Counted from the stretch's first letter, positions 10,530-22,987 are shown. The stretch is 64,000 bases of DNA from Nemertoderma westbladi (GCA_032718475.1 JAUCBJ010007049.1:49061-113060); one strand, 5' to 3'. Notes: generated by a model from the sequence alone, not told the origin. Program-made: numbers and translations.

Positions 10530-11242
10530 TGTTTGAAATTTAATTTGTAAATATGTAAGTACGCCCTAAGTATTCTATAGTTTGATTGATTATTGGTGAA
10601 AACCGTATATTTTATGCACGATAATATCCTGTTTTCATGGAGCGGTATAGAATTATATTCTCTAAATGCCGTGGATTTTCAAAATTTTATTTTTATTCGA
10701 ATTAACTTTGTAAAGATTGCTTTGAGTCCTCATTTGTATTGCTATTTCTATTTATACGCCTATTGGTCAAGTAGTTCAGTAGCTCAGTCGGTAGAGCGTT
10801 GGAAATTATATGTGTAGTAGGTATTGAGTTCGAATCCTAGTAATGCGAATTATTTTTTGTGCAGAATTTCAACTCATTTAAATTGACCGCTACAAATTAA
10901 TTGAATTTGTCTGTACCAATGAGACTGCAGTTATTAGATTGTAACCAATGTCGTGCAAGTTATATATTAGCTGGACCAATAGTTATCTTTAAAAACCTGT
11001 TAGAACCTATAGAACAATCGAGAATTTTCTCGATTGATTGCAGCACAAATTTGGTATATAAAGGTGCGATTTCGTTCATTAGTTATCTTTCTAATTCTAT
11101 TTCAGATTAATTATTCTGAGTTATCTGATATTTGTTTATTCTGTCATTAGTATTCAGATTACATTTTGTATTATTATCTGCAATAAATTCAGAAATACCG
11201 CTATCTGCTTTTCCTTTCACCATGGATTCACTACGGTGAACA
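10530..11242 (+). repeat. Putative 3' LTR of element A
   Basis: Purine tract AGAAAGGAAG then TGT at about 10530; TATATAAAGG near 11055; AATAAA 11182; ends GTGAACA 11242. No second copy in the window. Confidence 0.45.
10773..10858 (+). promoter_or_regulatory. tRNA-derived Pol III-like unit (A box, B box, T6 run)
   Basis: TAGCTCAGTCGGTAGAGC from 10780, GTTCGAATC 10828-10836, TTTTTT 10853-10858; acceptor and anticodon stems are degenerate. Confidence 0.6.
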
Positions 11243-11299
11243 ACCTTAGGAACAGGATGGCCGGCTAGAGATCGGGCCGCAGCAATGAACGGGAACATC

Positions 11300-12562
11300 G
11301 GGGGAATGTAGACAAGAGACAACCCGCAATACCATCTTGAGTTATTCGCCCATCGCCTGAAAGGTTAGACAGCGTTCGACGCCTTGCTACCTAAGTGTAA
11401 GACCAAAAGATCAAAGGGTAGAAGTAGTGACACGCTGTGAGCCTAAAATTACATCTTAGGGACTGTACTGTCTTGATTCAGGAAAAACCACAGTAGACCT
11501 TCACATACCTATGGGGGGGAGAGCGCAGGCAGAGATACTAGTACGCAGATAGGACGTAGGCACACCGGTACGAAGCATACAAATTGGTAGGGTGCAGCAA
11601 ACTGTACGCCTAACTCTTGCTAAGTACGGGTGCGTCTGTGACTATTTGCAGTACAACAGTGTCCATTGCATCAGAACTTGTAGGCTAGGAGGGTTGCTGT
11701 GTTTTCACCTGAATTGGGATTGTACCGTTCAGGCGGTAGGGCAGTTTACAACTAGGCGCAAATAAATTGAGGCTATTAGGGATATACTAACATCTATCGT
11801 GTCCCCGCCAACGCCCTGATAGGAAGTTACCCAGCCTACCTGGGTGACTAAAATTCTAGATAAGAGCCAGGATAGCTATTAGTAACTGTACGCCTACAGT
11901 AGTAAACTAACACATCTCTTCTTAGTATCAGGGACCTGGTACCTAAAATTGCCGAATTCTGGGCGTAGCATTAACCTTATGCCTGAATTTGAGTCCTGGA
12001 AATACGCAAGAGGGGAAGGAACCTTATCATTCGTGAGTATTGGACCTACAAGTTACAAAATTAGAATATTCGTAAAATGCACACCGTACCCAGTAATTAT
12101 ATATGTGAAGGAGCAAAACTGCTTTTGACCGTTAAAAATTAACACACGCGCGTTAGAAATTATTTACACCTCAAAATATATAAAATTAACTTTTGTCCGT
12201 ACTGTGCTTTGCCCGCTAGTTAGACATCTCCAAATCTCTGCCTCTGTACCTAGCTAGCGTCCCTTTCGCCCAACCATATAAATCACGCCGCGGCAAAGTA
12301 TACGAGCCCCTTAGTCCGTCAGTGGGTCAGCCTGATTTTAGGATTCGCTGCGCGGGATTTTGTTTTATCGAAGTTTGTCTGCTCGTAGACTGTTTTCTGC
12401 CTCACCGGTTATAAGAGATCGATACTGCAATATATTCGCTTACTTAGAGTTTACTGTTTTGGTGAGAAGGTCGGATTTATGATTTGATTCACAAACTTTA
12501 CAGTAGGATATTGCAGGTATTGTTACCGTCTCTTCCAATACCGCTGTTACTGTAGATTTCCA
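11300..12562 (+). mobile_element. PPT plus probable 3' LTR (element C, or alternative LTR of A) interrupting element B
   Basis: GGGGGAA-TGT junction at 11300-11309 (BEL-like), TATA-like CATATAAAT near 12276, ends ..TTTCCA where the protease homology of element B stops. Confidence 0.45.
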
Positions 12563-15500
12563 AACCTGCATAATTCCTGACATGTTTAGCTTAGTTCGGA
12601 ACTTGGGTTGTCCAGCAAATATGTCTTCGGCTAGCTCCTTGTCGATGAATGTTCCTGTACTACCGGAGTCAAGGAGGGCGTTCACTACATAACTCCTTTT
12701 TGGTCCGTAGACCCTTACCTGTACTACAGGAAATTCTCTAATCCCTACATTGGAAGTTGGCGCTTTCCAAAATGGTTGTCGATCAGAAGTAGTTAGAGTG
12801 AGGTCAATGTCTGTATCTTTTTCATAAGTGAGTGCTCGATACACTGCGGTATTTATCATGTAACAGGACTCGTTTTCGTCGGAGAACTCGTCCGTATAGA
12901 ATCCTTCCATCTCAGATTGATCAGTGTCGTTCACATCACTGAATTGGACATGTAGTTCGGAATCACTTACCTGACTCGGACTATTTCGCTCGAATTCAGT
13001 GTGCAACAAGATATGATGTTTCGCACCGCACTTTGCACACCTGGTGTCGGAGTAACAGGTTCGTCGTTGGTGTCCTTGCCTGAGGCAATTATAACACAAC
13101 CGCTTATCCCACATGACTTCCCGTCTCTCAGTTAATGATTTATTTAGGAATTCTTCACACATATTCAAGCGATGGGTCCCGTCACATAGCGCACATTTCG
13201 GTTTGATGTTACTTACCTTACTTTGAGTAACATTGTGTACACTTGTTTTTTCTTCGGGCTTTTTCACCTGAATTCTCTTAGGAGACGTAGGAGGAGTTTT
13301 TCTTACCTGTTCTCTCCTGTCATTGGTTCGAGACTTGAATTTACTTACCTGATCTTTAGGCATTTTATTGACGTAATAAGATCTGTCAGTGTCTTTCCCG
13401 CTATCCTCTCCTTGAGAAGTCTGGCTTTCACCGTCGTCTGTATAACACACTGGTGTTACCTTTCTCCTAGAGACGGGTTTTTCACTTACATTGTTTTCCG
13501 GGGTCTTCTCTCTGGACAGTTTTAGGAGCTGTAATTTCACTTCTCCATCTAGGAATGACATGAGATCAGCCATGGTAGGGTCTCGTCGTTGTTGTTCCAT
13601 CATATATAACACTTTCTTATCCCAGCGTGTACCTACTCCACCCTTCGGTAAAGTAGAAGCCACTGCTCTAATAACCATAGCACTCTGATACTCATGAGAC
13701 TTACCTAGCCAATCTAATTGTCTGCAGATCTCCTGAATCTCATCGGAAAACTCTATAATCCCGCTGCTAATAAACTTTCGGGGCGCTACCAACTTTGCAT
13801 ACAAATACCCAGCTATGTTATTCCTATTACCATACCTGATGTTTAGTGTATCCCAAACTTGTCTTAATCCGTCTGGATGTCCAATAAACTTTAACGCCAT
13901 TAACTTGGGAGATCCTTCCAAGCACTCGACGAGGAATCTAAGTTTCTCTCCATTAGATAGTACAGAGTTCTGTATGTTATCTTTGTAATATTCATTAAAA
14001 GGTAACCATTTCATCTCATCTCCATTGAACTTGACGATCTCTCCCACCTTTACCGCTTGCCGGGCTTCGGTTCTAGCCATTTGACGCGTAAAACTTTCTT
14101 GGGCCATCGTGTTATTTAATATCGAGTTATCTGTATATAAATTTCTCGGATTATGATCCGGTCTATAGGGAATATCATTATCAACAGGTCTATAATTACC
14201 CTTAATAGGGTTCACTATAGGAGTTTCTACCTCGCTAGCAGTATAGATGCGTGTAGGCTCCACACCTTGCGCATGAGATACTTCAGACCTAACAGGTTGA
14301 CACATTGTTACAGGGGGTGGTGATATACCCCTTTGTGTATTTACTAATTTATCGCGTTCTAGCGCGATACTTTGCTGCACTTCTTGCAACTCTAACCTAC
14401 TTTCCCTTACTGTGCCCTTGAATTGCTGAACGGTCTACTGCATCTGTCCGAGCAGGAGATCCATCCCCCGTCGTCTCTCATCCACCCATTCGACCGCCGA
14501 AGTGGGATTCGCCAACGTTGTAGCGAGCGGACGAGGGACAACGGGCGACAAATCTTGAATATTTCGCTCGGAGTCCAGGGCATGAACTGTCTCATGGGCT
14601 GTTCTGCTGGGCACAGGTAGCTTGGTACTGTGCAAAGGGAATTTAGAGGTAGGTTCAGGGAGTACAGGTGTCTCTACCACCGAAAGGGTGGCTTCGGGAA
14701 CAGGCCTAATTATTTCAGGCTCATCTACTATAGTAGGGAGTCTTTCTATTGTAATTATTTGGTCTGTGGGTTCTGTACTACCTAAGTTGGTGTTATTTAG
14801 TTGCCTTCTAACAGCTGGGGGCAAATCAGACAATTTCTGACGGTGGGACATTCTTTTACGTCTGCTTAGGCGAGATCGATTTCCTCCGCCTTCAGTGTCG
14901 GTGGTATCGCCTTCCTCAGATGATGTATAACCTTGTCTTTTGGGAGTAGATCGATTCATCATCTGCATATTACTAGCTGTTAACTGTTTATTAAAGTTGT
15001 CTTGTCTCTCTTGAAGATTTTCCAACTCTAGTTGGGTTGTCTCTTCAGATGCCCTCCGTTCTGCTTCTGCCACTGCTATTTTTCTTTCCGCTTCGGCCGC
15101 CTTTCTTTCCGCTTCTGCTGCTGCCGCTTTTCTTTCCGCTTCTGCCGCTTTTCTTTCCGCTTCTGCCGCTGCCACTGCCGCTGCTGCTGTCTTTCTATCT
15201 TCTATACGTTTTTTCTTTACTTGTTCTTCTTGAACCTTAGCGATGCGGATACTTTCATCAAATTTAGCTTGGTTCGCAGCTATCCTATCCACATCAATTG
15301 CGTCCAACACACGCTGGGCTCCTTCACTATTAGGGCTAAGTCCATCTAACCTTCTCCTCAACTCTTCATCTCCTAAAAAACGCTGATAGTCTGACAGATA
15401 GATGTCAATGGCATCCCTCTTATGCGGTTTCTCTGCCGTCGCTTCACTTTCCACTTGGGAAAAAGTAGCGTCTGTTGATTCTCCATGGGTTGAGCGCTCC

Positions 15501-16366
15501 TCCAGCTGAGCTTTCCACTGAGCTGTTCCTTGAACCTGGAGACTCACCCGCTGAAACCAAGTCTTTACGGCAACTTGCAACGACGTGTCTTGTCTTCTTT
15601 TAGAAGCCTCTTCAAAGGCCGATAAGATTAGCCTGATTCGCAGAATTCTTTCTCTAACTTGATAAAGCAGTTGTCCCTGCTCTTGAGGTCCTTGTGGTTG
15701 TTGAAACAGTTGTTCTTTTAGTCGCTCCATAGAGCTGAAGAATCCCTGTGCGTATCCGGCTGCGGACCTCTTCCACACAGCTGGATCGATGGTTTCCTTG
15801 GTTACTCCCATCCGGTGTATGTCTTCCCAGGCAGCCTCTGATAAATCAAACGGGAGTCCGGGTCCGGGGAAGTTCCATTGCGACTCGACAATAGACTTCA
15901 GTTCTTCCCTTGTGTATCCCGCATAACTATCTTTAGTTGATCGCTGACTTCTCGCCCAATCGATCTGGTGTTCTTCCACCGCGATCAATATCCTAGTGAG
16001 TACGGCTGCAGGCAGGATGAGAAGGGGATCCGAATAAACCGCATCCGTCATCTTTGCTCCGCGCTCGGGTGTCAGCTCTACAGTATCCTCACTACTGGAG
16101 CTGTCGGGCCGCTGAGAAATAAGTTCTTGGCTCGCGGGTTGTTGCTGTTCCGCTGCTTCTTGGTCCCGCTTGACCTGAGCTCGAGTGCCTATGATAGACC
16201 TACGATGTTGGACCAGCCTAGGTTCTGTTATTACTACTGGAGGGATGACCTTCCTCACAGTGGGAGGTGAACTGAACTTAGGTGTAGACGGTTCTACACC
16301 CTTATCTGAGTCGCAGATAGTTGCATCTAATAAACTGTCTGACAGGTTCTGCTTAGTATCAGACAT
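12440..16366 (-). pseudogene. gag: BEL/Pao Gag-protease with one in-frame TAG (14435-14437); pol absent
   Basis: The 643-aa and 649-aa ORFs share a frame (..QMQ*TVQQFKG..). KFNGDEMKWLPF..EKLRFLVECLEGSP; CALCDGTHRLNMC, CYNCLRQGHQRRTC, CAKCGAKHHILLH; protease LLDSGSTGTFI. Confidence 0.9.
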
Positions 16367-19300
16367 GTTTGTTTACACAGTTGAATGCCTACTGCTATAT
16401 TACAGTCTAAGCAAGTCTAGTAATTCAGCATTAACTGCTAACCTAGTAATTAATTACCGATACTGCTACTCAGTGTAGCGTGATATATATATAATATTAG
16501 AATACCGGTATGCTTATATTATATATAAGTATTATTAGTAACTAGAATTAATTACAGAATACCGGTATGATTTCAGCCTAAGTTTATATATATAATAGGC
16601 CTATCTTGAATACCGGTATACAGCTTACACTTATGATGTGTATATATAAGTATAATTACAGACTAGAATTAATTACAGAATACCGGTATAATTTCAGCCT
16701 ATATTTATAAAAATAAAGATAGTAAGCCTATTGTAAATACCGGTATATCAATTATTTTAAATAATTGAATTTCTGAATTGTAAGGGTTACTTGGTTACTT
16801 TAACTTACTTTATTACCGTTATTTAAGCAGTAGTCCAACTGATATTGAGACCTAATTGTTGTATGGCAGGCCTACTATTTATAAATCGTTTGAGTTGATT
16901 TATAATATATATATACCCGTTGAAATGGGTTTTTGTCAATGTTTGAAATAAATGTTATTATTTCTGGGGGAGTCACTACACATAAGCTGTGCGCTCTCAG
17001 TGGAGTGCTACTTGTTAGACACTAAAACAAATAATTCTAATTTACCTAAGTTACTTAATACTACCTGTTACGTACAATTCGGGTTGAGATTACAATCTCT
17101 AAATAAACACAAAAATTTTAATTACAAATACACAAATACAAATTTTTAGGGTAATTTTACAAGAAGTCTACTAACCAGCCTAACAAAGGGTTAGAATATC
17201 TGGTTATTACAACGGACAGGTTACTACGGTATTTGAAAATAATAAGTAGTAGTAAATATACTGCGTTGTCCAGATAGGAAAATACCACCGCCTGACGACC
17301 TATAACCGTATCGCTATAGGTACTACATTATGTATCACGGAGTGTTCCTACCTAGAGATTAATTACCGCGGTCTACCAGAACCAACGTGCCTATTAACCA
17401 CTTTACAACACTAATATACTGCCTACACACTAATCACCTTCGGAAAGTACTGTACACTAAACCCTAAATTAGGTACAGGTACTTGTACGACAAATAATTA
17501 GTAGTTAAAAATACTTGAACAGCTAAAAGAACCACGGTATCTGCCGGAGTGACCAAAGCATAAAATCTCCAGTCTTTACCTACGCCGAGCAGCCCTGATG
17601 TAGTACCGGGGTTAGTTTAACTATAACGGTATGTATAACAAACACAATTACTGTAGGAATAAACTTGGGGAATGAATGTTGCGAATAATAGCATAAACTC
17701 TGAATAATAAATATTACGCTACGCGTACAAACCATTCAAACAAAATGCAGACCAAATACTGACAGACTACTATCAAGCCTAAACAAACTACGGTATATGC
17801 AGACTCCGAAATGATTAGTTAGTATGCGTTCTAACCCAGTAGTACGACTTATTCTTTCACAGGGGGTTTACCTCACAGCACTTGAAGCCCCTACTTTCCT
17901 AACTTAGCACTTTATCGGACAGATGCTCTACACACACCGAAATTTCCTCAAACCCAACAACAGCCAGACAACTATCCAGCCTACAAATTATCTAAATAAA
18001 ATTATACGCTACCCGTACAGACTACACAAACAAAGTACAGACCAAACGATGGCAGACTACTATCAAGCCCAAATACACTACAGTGTATGCAGACTCCGAA
18101 ATGATTAGTTAGTATGCGTTCTAACCCAGTAGTACGACTTATTCTTTCACAGGGGGTTTACCTCACAGCACTTGAAGCCCCTACTTTCCTAACTAGCACT
18201 TTATCGGACAGATGCCCTACACACACTGCAATCCGTTCAGACTTAACAACAGTTAGACAACAGTCAAGCCTACAAATTATCTGTACAATCTGAGCAGGCT
18301 TACACGCCTTCTGCTCAATACTGGCCTACAAATAAATAAAACTGACAGAAATAAGTAAGCTCCAAAAGAAACAAGGGGTGTACAGTCCCTAATCTCTTAA
18401 ACAGCCTACCGGTATACAATACCACAATCAAATAATACTGCTGTACCTGTACTGCTGTAGGTACCGGTCCGGATGATCAGGCAGTCAGGCCTACTGGTTA
18501 CCGGTCGACCAGTACTTTCGACTAGATTGCTTACACCGCAATCCAGAAGCAATATCTGTTATTGTTTGCGCTTTTAAGACCTTTGACAGTTTAACCTGCC
18601 AAATTAGGATGTCTTTTAGATGATATATAGTCTTTAGCCTATGACGAGTATTTGATACACTACATTAGCCGAAGCCAGTCTATGCGCAATCATTCACCCG
18701 CTGGATATACCCGGGAGACTGAATTCGGAAGCTTAATGATTGATGGTGTAAGCCTACCGTATTATTCGACTGATCGTAATATATAATCTCTGACAAATAT
18801 TATTCACTTTCGGGAAATATTAACAGTTCCTTTAGGGCGTGGCGCTCTAAATATGTAAACAGAGTTATGACTTAAACTAGACACAACAAAAAGGCTATAG
18901 ATTCACGTATATGGCGCATTCTTTAGGAGATGCTTTGTTATCAGTTACAATCATACACAATGCTGCACAATACTGCACACTAATCTGCCGACCTTCACTA
19001 AATTTAGTCACGTATAAAGAGAGCAACATACAATTTATGTCAGGCCTATGAAATAGCATTAGATTCACTTCAAACCACTTAACATAGGTCGCAATCGTTT
19101 ATCTGTAACCGGTCTCTCTAACCTTTAGTATATCAAGAAGGTTGGGTGTCTGACTATTGATCAGTATTCCGATATAATATTTCATCAATAAATATAATGA
19201 ATAACCGACAGTAAAAGCAGTAAAGTTAAGATATGAATGATTATTAAGTGAGTTAACTGAGTTTTGGTCTGATAACAGATATACACTCTATAATTAAGCC

Positions 19301-19714
19301 TACTAATGTTAAGCTAAAGACTGAAACACGGAGGTGCCAAAAGCCGGTGTTCTTAGGCTCTGGGCAAAAACATAACCCTGAATTCCTGAGTTTCTGTATC
19401 CACCTCCAACACAGAGACAAAAAACGCTCTGATTGGTCGACCAAACAACGAGAGAACAAAGAAACAAAGAAATGTCGACGTGGCAATATCAGCTGTTAGC
19501 CGTCGTCATGGTAGCGACACTGTTTTCAAGAGGATCTAGCTTATTGCGTCACGAGATTGCGGATTATGTCCTCTAAAGTACAAATACAGAAGAAATGACT
19601 TTTATGTCCTCTAAAACACCAGTACAGTAAGGACACGGCCTTTTTATGCCTGGTAAACCAACTACAGAGTACTTTACGGGAGAATAACCGGTTAATTACG
19701 CAAAAGCTTTTACA
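12563..19714 (-). mobile_element. Second BEL/Pao element (B): putative 5' LTR, long leader, gag-pro; truncated after the protease
   Basis: BEL gag-pro on the minus strand. Minus-strand TGTAAAAGC at 19714 coincides with the end of the neighbouring gag-like frame. CCAAT near 19436 and an Inr-like TCAGTT near 19260. Boundaries are approximate. Confidence 0.7.
17715..18282. repeat. 290-bp tandem duplication in the leader of element B
   Basis: ATGATTAGTTAGTATGCGTTCTAACCC at 17811 and 18101, with long identical stretches following. Confidence 0.92.
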
Positions 19715-22185
19715 CCTGTCGTTCGCGGCGATACTTCTTCTGCTGTCTTCTCTTCTTCTCCTCTCAGTGCAGTATTCCCGCTCGTGAGATCTCTCGTCGA
19801 CCTCCCGGTTAAACTCCACTGTTCTTCTTCCCTCTTCTGATCGGGCTCGACGCTTCGTCCGCCGTCTCGCGACGTCAACCTGCTTCTCTCTGCTCGATCG
19901 CACGCCACTGGGGATACTCGCAATCCCCCTATTACTCTCCGTCGCCGGGTGTTGCGGTTTACCTGATTCGGCCCGCGCATTATCCGCTGTCGCCTGTGGG
20001 ACACTCTCTGCCCCCCCCCCCTCTCGCCACCAACTTCTCGTTGTGGGGCTCCTGTAGCCCCCCCCCCTTCGCCACATATCACACCGCTACCTCTAACTTC
20101 TCTTCTACACCCCTCTCCAGTCGACACAATATTTCTACTGCGGCTGGGTTCACTTACCCCTGTCTCTCTCTCCACTACTACTTGGCCTATCGGGCCTACT
20201 CCGGGTTGGCTCAACCCCGCCACCCCCTGCCTACTAACTACGTGGCCTACCAGGCCGCCGTCGGCTAGACTCAACCCCGCCAACTCCTGCCTACCAACTA
20301 CGTGGCCTACCAGGCCGCCGTCGGGTCGACTCAACCCCGCCACCTCATGCCTACTAACTACGTGGCCTACCAGGCCGCCGTCTGTCGGGTCATACACGTC
20401 CGACGCGTTCGCGTTAATAGCACCTATATTAGAAACGGAATTATTTTGTTCGTTCGAAATAGAATCATTTGGATTATTTTGCGCGACTACACTATTTGAA
20501 TTATTTTGTAAATTCGGGCTTGGATCATTATTTAAATTATTTGAGTTATTATTATTTTCTAAATTTAAATTATTATTCGAATTATTTTGCACGTTTAAAT
20601 TGAAATTATTATTTAGGCTATTTGTATTTAAATTCAAATTACTACTACCAGGCAAAGTATTTCCTGCATTATAAGCTTGGTTAGGATTATCCGATACGGT
20701 ACCATTAATATTAACGTCGCCTACGGTAATATTATTATTACCCCCCCCCCCCCCGCCCGTACGGTCACACCAGTTTCGTGTCTGTCGTGCGGTCCCTGTA
20801 AGTGGGGTATTAATAAATGTATCCACGGCCCTTGGCTCATCGAAAATATTCGAGCCAGTCCCGCTCTCAGACGCCCCTATCCGCGCCAGTTCTAGTTCGC
20901 GCGTGCGTCTAGCTTTGTACTCTATAAGCTCGTTTTGCTGTCTTTCCCACTCTTTTCGCTCACGCTCCTCTCTTGCCATTCTCTCCCGATCCTCCCGTGC
21001 GTTCTGGTCGGCCAATTCCGCCTCTCTCTTAGCTCCCTCCCTTCGCCTCGCCTCACGCTCTCTACGCTCACTTTCCTCTCTCACCTCACGTTCCTTGCGT
21101 TCATTTTCCTCTCTCGCCTCACGTTCCTTGCATTCATTTTCCTCTCTCGCCTCACGTTCCTTGCGTTCCTTTTCCTCTCTCGCCTCACGTTCCTTGCGTT
21201 CCGCCTCACGCTCTTTGCGTTCACTTTTCTCTCTCGCCACACGCTCCTCTTGTTCCTTCCTCCCTATTTCCTCACACTCTCTAAGGCTTTTCGCGGCCCT
21301 TTCGGCCCTCTCTCGGGTTTCTCTAATCAGTACCGCTTCCCTTTCTAGTTGTATTCTCCCCTCCTCTAACCATCTATTTAACTCTCTCTGACCTTGCTCT
21401 ATCAGGTCGAGATGGTACGTGGCATTTATCTCTCTCACCCGTCTTTCTTTTACGGAGGATGTAGCAGACTTATCGGTTACGACGGATTCCCTCCGCCTTC
21501 CCAACCTACTAACTTTCCCCCTCTTCCCAGAACTTCCCCCGACCGACGAGATCGAATCCTCGGGCTCAACCTCGGATTCGCCCTCCTCAGGTCTCCTCCA
21601 ACCCTCAAATTTTACACCCTGGGCATCGACTAAGTATGGCCCTACGTACACTGCACTAGGTTGCATACCCCTACACCGCCACAAATCACACAGTTCCTCT
21701 GCAACCCCTCTCGCTCTCTCCTTGGCCAGTTCTCTCTGCCCGAAACGCATTAGATAGCTAAAATGTCTATCCGACTCACCTAGTCCTCTTGTTAACTTCA
21801 CCTCATCTATCTTCGCCCCCTCCTTGGCCTCCTTAAGTAGCTTCCGGGTCGCGTTGTAGGCCCGTCGAAGTCGATCAGAAACCCCGACGTCCTCGTCGCT
21901 GACCTCTCCTCCGTGTCTCCGGGTCTGACGTCGTACCGGCGGCCCCACCGTCGCCGTTCCGGTGGGCCGTCCGTCGCCCTCGGCCTGTAGCTGGCCGGCG
22001 ACATCGATACCGACATCTCCCTCATCTCTCCGGGTCCGGCGTTGTACCGTCGGTCCCACCGTCGCCGTTTCGGTGGGCCGTTCGTCGCCCTCGGCCTGTG
22101 GCTGGCCGGCGACATCGGCACGTCGACCCTCGTTCCGTGTCGACTCGTCTTCTTCTCCTTCCCTCTCGCCCTCTCCTTCTCCCAA
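19696..22185 (-). CDS. Gag-like N-terminal region (Glu/Arg coiled coil, Asn-rich tract, 20-aa repeats); truncated and probably frameshifted at poly-C runs
   Basis: 829-aa ORF downstream of an LTR; 33-bp repeats (EREAREE.ERK) and 60-bp repeats (DGGLVGHVV); no catalytic motif recognised. Confidence 0.55.
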   Translation of the reverse strand: MGEGEGEREGEEDESTRNEGRRADVAGQPQAEGDERPTETATVGPTVQRRTRRDEGDVGIDVAGQLQAEGDGRPTGTATVGPPVRRQTRRHGGEVSDEDVGVSDRLRRAYNATRKLLKEAKEGAKIDEVKLTRGLGESDRHFSYLMRFGQRELAKERARGVAEELCDLWRCRGMQPSAVYVGPYLVDAQGVKFEGWRRPEEGESEVEPEDSISSVGGSSGKRGKVSRLGRRRESVVTDKSATSSVKERRVREINATYHLDLIEQGQRELNRWLEEGRIQLEREAVLIRETRERAERAAKSLRECEEIGRKEQEERVAREKSERKEREAERKEREAREEKERKEREAREENECKEREAREENERKEREVREESERREREARRREGAKREAELADQNAREDRERMAREERERKEWERQQNELIEYKARRTRELELARIGASESGTGSNIFDEPRAVDTFINTPLTGTARQTRNWCDRTGGGGGGNNNITVGDVNINGTVSDNPNQAYNAGNTLPGSSNLNLNTNSLNNNFNLNVQNNSNNNLNLENNNNSNNLNNDPSPNLQNNSNSVVAQNNPNDSISNEQNNSVSNIGAINANASDVYDPTDGGLVGHVVSRHEVAGLSRPDGGLVGHVVGRQELAGLSLADGGLVGHVVSRQGVAGLSQPGVGPIGQVVVERETGVSEPSRSRNIVSTGEGCRREVRGSGVICGEGGGATGAPQREVGGERGGGQRVSHRRQRIMRGPNQVNRNTRRRRVIGGLRVSPVACDRAERSRLTSRDGGRSVEPDQKREEEQWSLTGRSTRDLTSGNTALRGEEEKTAEEVSPRTTGVKAFA

Positions 22186-22987
22186 CTCGGCTCCCGGTTC
22201 TCTCGGCTCGATCTCTGACTCCAGACGGTCCCCTCCATCCTAATCTGCCGGGTGACCCGTTACCGATGGGTCCGGCGTCGTGGGCCTATACCGTCTGGTC
22301 GCGGCCTCACTGATCGTTAGTTCTTCGTCCGGGGTCCGCGTCGGTGTCGTCTCTCCTGACTGACTCATCTCGTACTTTTGATTGGTGGCTGGTAGTCACT
22401 GTTTAGCTAACTAGGGGTGGCAGCTTGGTTTCAATCACTGTGACAGGATCCACGAAGGATCCCGATTTATCCGTTTGTCAATCTACGCGTCCCCCCCGTG
22501 TGTGAAAGGTAAAAGAGTTTGCGTTGTTCGTCGTATATAATTTCCGGGTATAATAGATAGATATAAATAGTATGTTGTAATGTATAGACTGAATGTTGAT
22601 ATATGGAAGGCGGGATACGGTGATTGAAGTCCCGGTACTTCCCTAGCTAAACTAACCTAACTAACACCAATAACACACTGAGATAACTGAGTAACTGATT
22701 GCTGGTACCTAATAATATATTGCACGGTTTGGCCTTGCTACAGTACCTAGCCGATGCTTCCCCCCCCCCCCCTGATTGGCTAATGTCCCTGTTGGCGCCC
22801 TTTGGAGTGTTCCCGTTCACTCCAGCTATTCTCCCTCTGTTAGGGGTTTGGCCCCTGACCCTTATTGTGTGTTTCTCCTTCCCACTTTGTTGGGGTGACA
22901 CAAGTTATTGGTTACCCAATCTCGTGGCCCCCAATATTGCTTAACGGTTGACTTTGTGGGGTGTTAGCGGAATTGAATAAGCTAACA
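19715..22987 (-). mobile_element. 5' part of an LTR retrotransposon (element D, probably Ty3/Gypsy-type): LTR 22439-22987 plus gag-like ORF
   Basis: TG..CA LTR whose ends resemble those at 25175-25826 and 27712-28327, followed by a long low-complexity ORF cut off by element B. Superfamily is uncertain because no pol is present. Confidence 0.7.

Larger units (their letters stand above)
1..11242 (+). mobile_element. BEL/Pao LTR retrotransposon (element A), 5' end outside window, with extra ORF3
   Basis: Gag-PR-RT-RNaseH-IN order with BEL-type triple Cys/His Gag motif. The 3' boundary is inferred from a TATA / AATAAA / ...GAACA arrangement and cannot be confirmed without the 5' LTR. Confidence 0.9.

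Noticed and set aside
10773-10848. Functional tRNA gene
   Set aside because: No acceptor or anticodon stem pairing; kept only as a Pol III-like cassette.
16502-16746. CRISPR-like repeat-spacer array
   Set aside because: Repeat is only 10-11 bp, spacers are related to one another, no cas genes, eukaryotic retroelement context.
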